Assembly: GCF_006345805.1 (NCBI RefSeq)
Contig: NW_021835966.1
Coordinates: forward strand, 5,368 to 69,367
Source: Octopus sinensis
Taxonomy: Eukaryota
Direction: 5' to 3'
DNA: 64,000 nt
This document shows positions 63,827 through 64,000 of this stretch, in pieces (the first letter of the stretch is position 1; each line of letters begins with the position of its first letter). Position numbers and translations under genes: made by a program. The notes under the pieces were generated by a model. The model was given only the letters and a program-made list of their open reading frames with translations. It had not been told where the DNA came from and did no database searches.

Positions 63827-64000
63827 TACTCTTTTATTCTTTTACTCTTTTACTCGTTTCAGTCTTGTGATTGTGGCCATGCTGGAGCACCGCCTTTAGT
63901 CGATCAAATCGACCCCAGGACTTATTCTTTGTAAGCTTAGTACTTATGCTATCGCTCTCTCCTTTACCGAACCGCTAAGATACGGGGACGTAAACCACAC
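63827..64000 (-). mobile_element. SINE family B 3' part, cut by the window end
   Basis: TACTCTTTT...GGCCATGCTGGAGCACCGCC... Confidence 0.85.

Overview
AT-rich, repeat-saturated eukaryotic DNA. The repeat families look like those I recall from octopus (cephalopod) genomes, but that assignment is from memory and unverified. I recognise no intact host protein-coding gene, rRNA, true tRNA or CRISPR array, so the window is probably intergenic or a large intron. Nearly all listed ORFs are translations of microsatellites or SINEs. Contents: (1) four tRNA-headed SINE families, labelled A, B, C and J here, about 40 copies or fragments; (2) decayed LINE pieces: R4/Dong-like RT and RLE in (AAT)n tracts, Tx1/L1 APE, several RTE, two CR1-group 3' ends, and a Penelope-like GIY-YIG C-terminus; (3) MITEs and foldbacks, including one with an internal TTAGGG tract and one Charlie-like hAT MITE; (4) many microsatellites and local duplications. 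The main hunt result is about 10 minimal type-I hammerhead-ribozyme-like folds, typical of Penelope-like elements and retrozymes, in at least 7 unrelated sequence contexts. One carries the compensatory U3-A8 core pair and several carry a CCGA (U4C) core. Two sit inside the internal microsatellite of SINE B. Other notable results: a LINE sharing its 3' end with SINE B, tail swapping in SINE C, fixed-junction multimers of SINE A, and an unexplained GC-rich island at 26.7-27.4 kb. Family labels are my own. Coordinates, alignments and identity counts were done by eye and may be off by a few bases.
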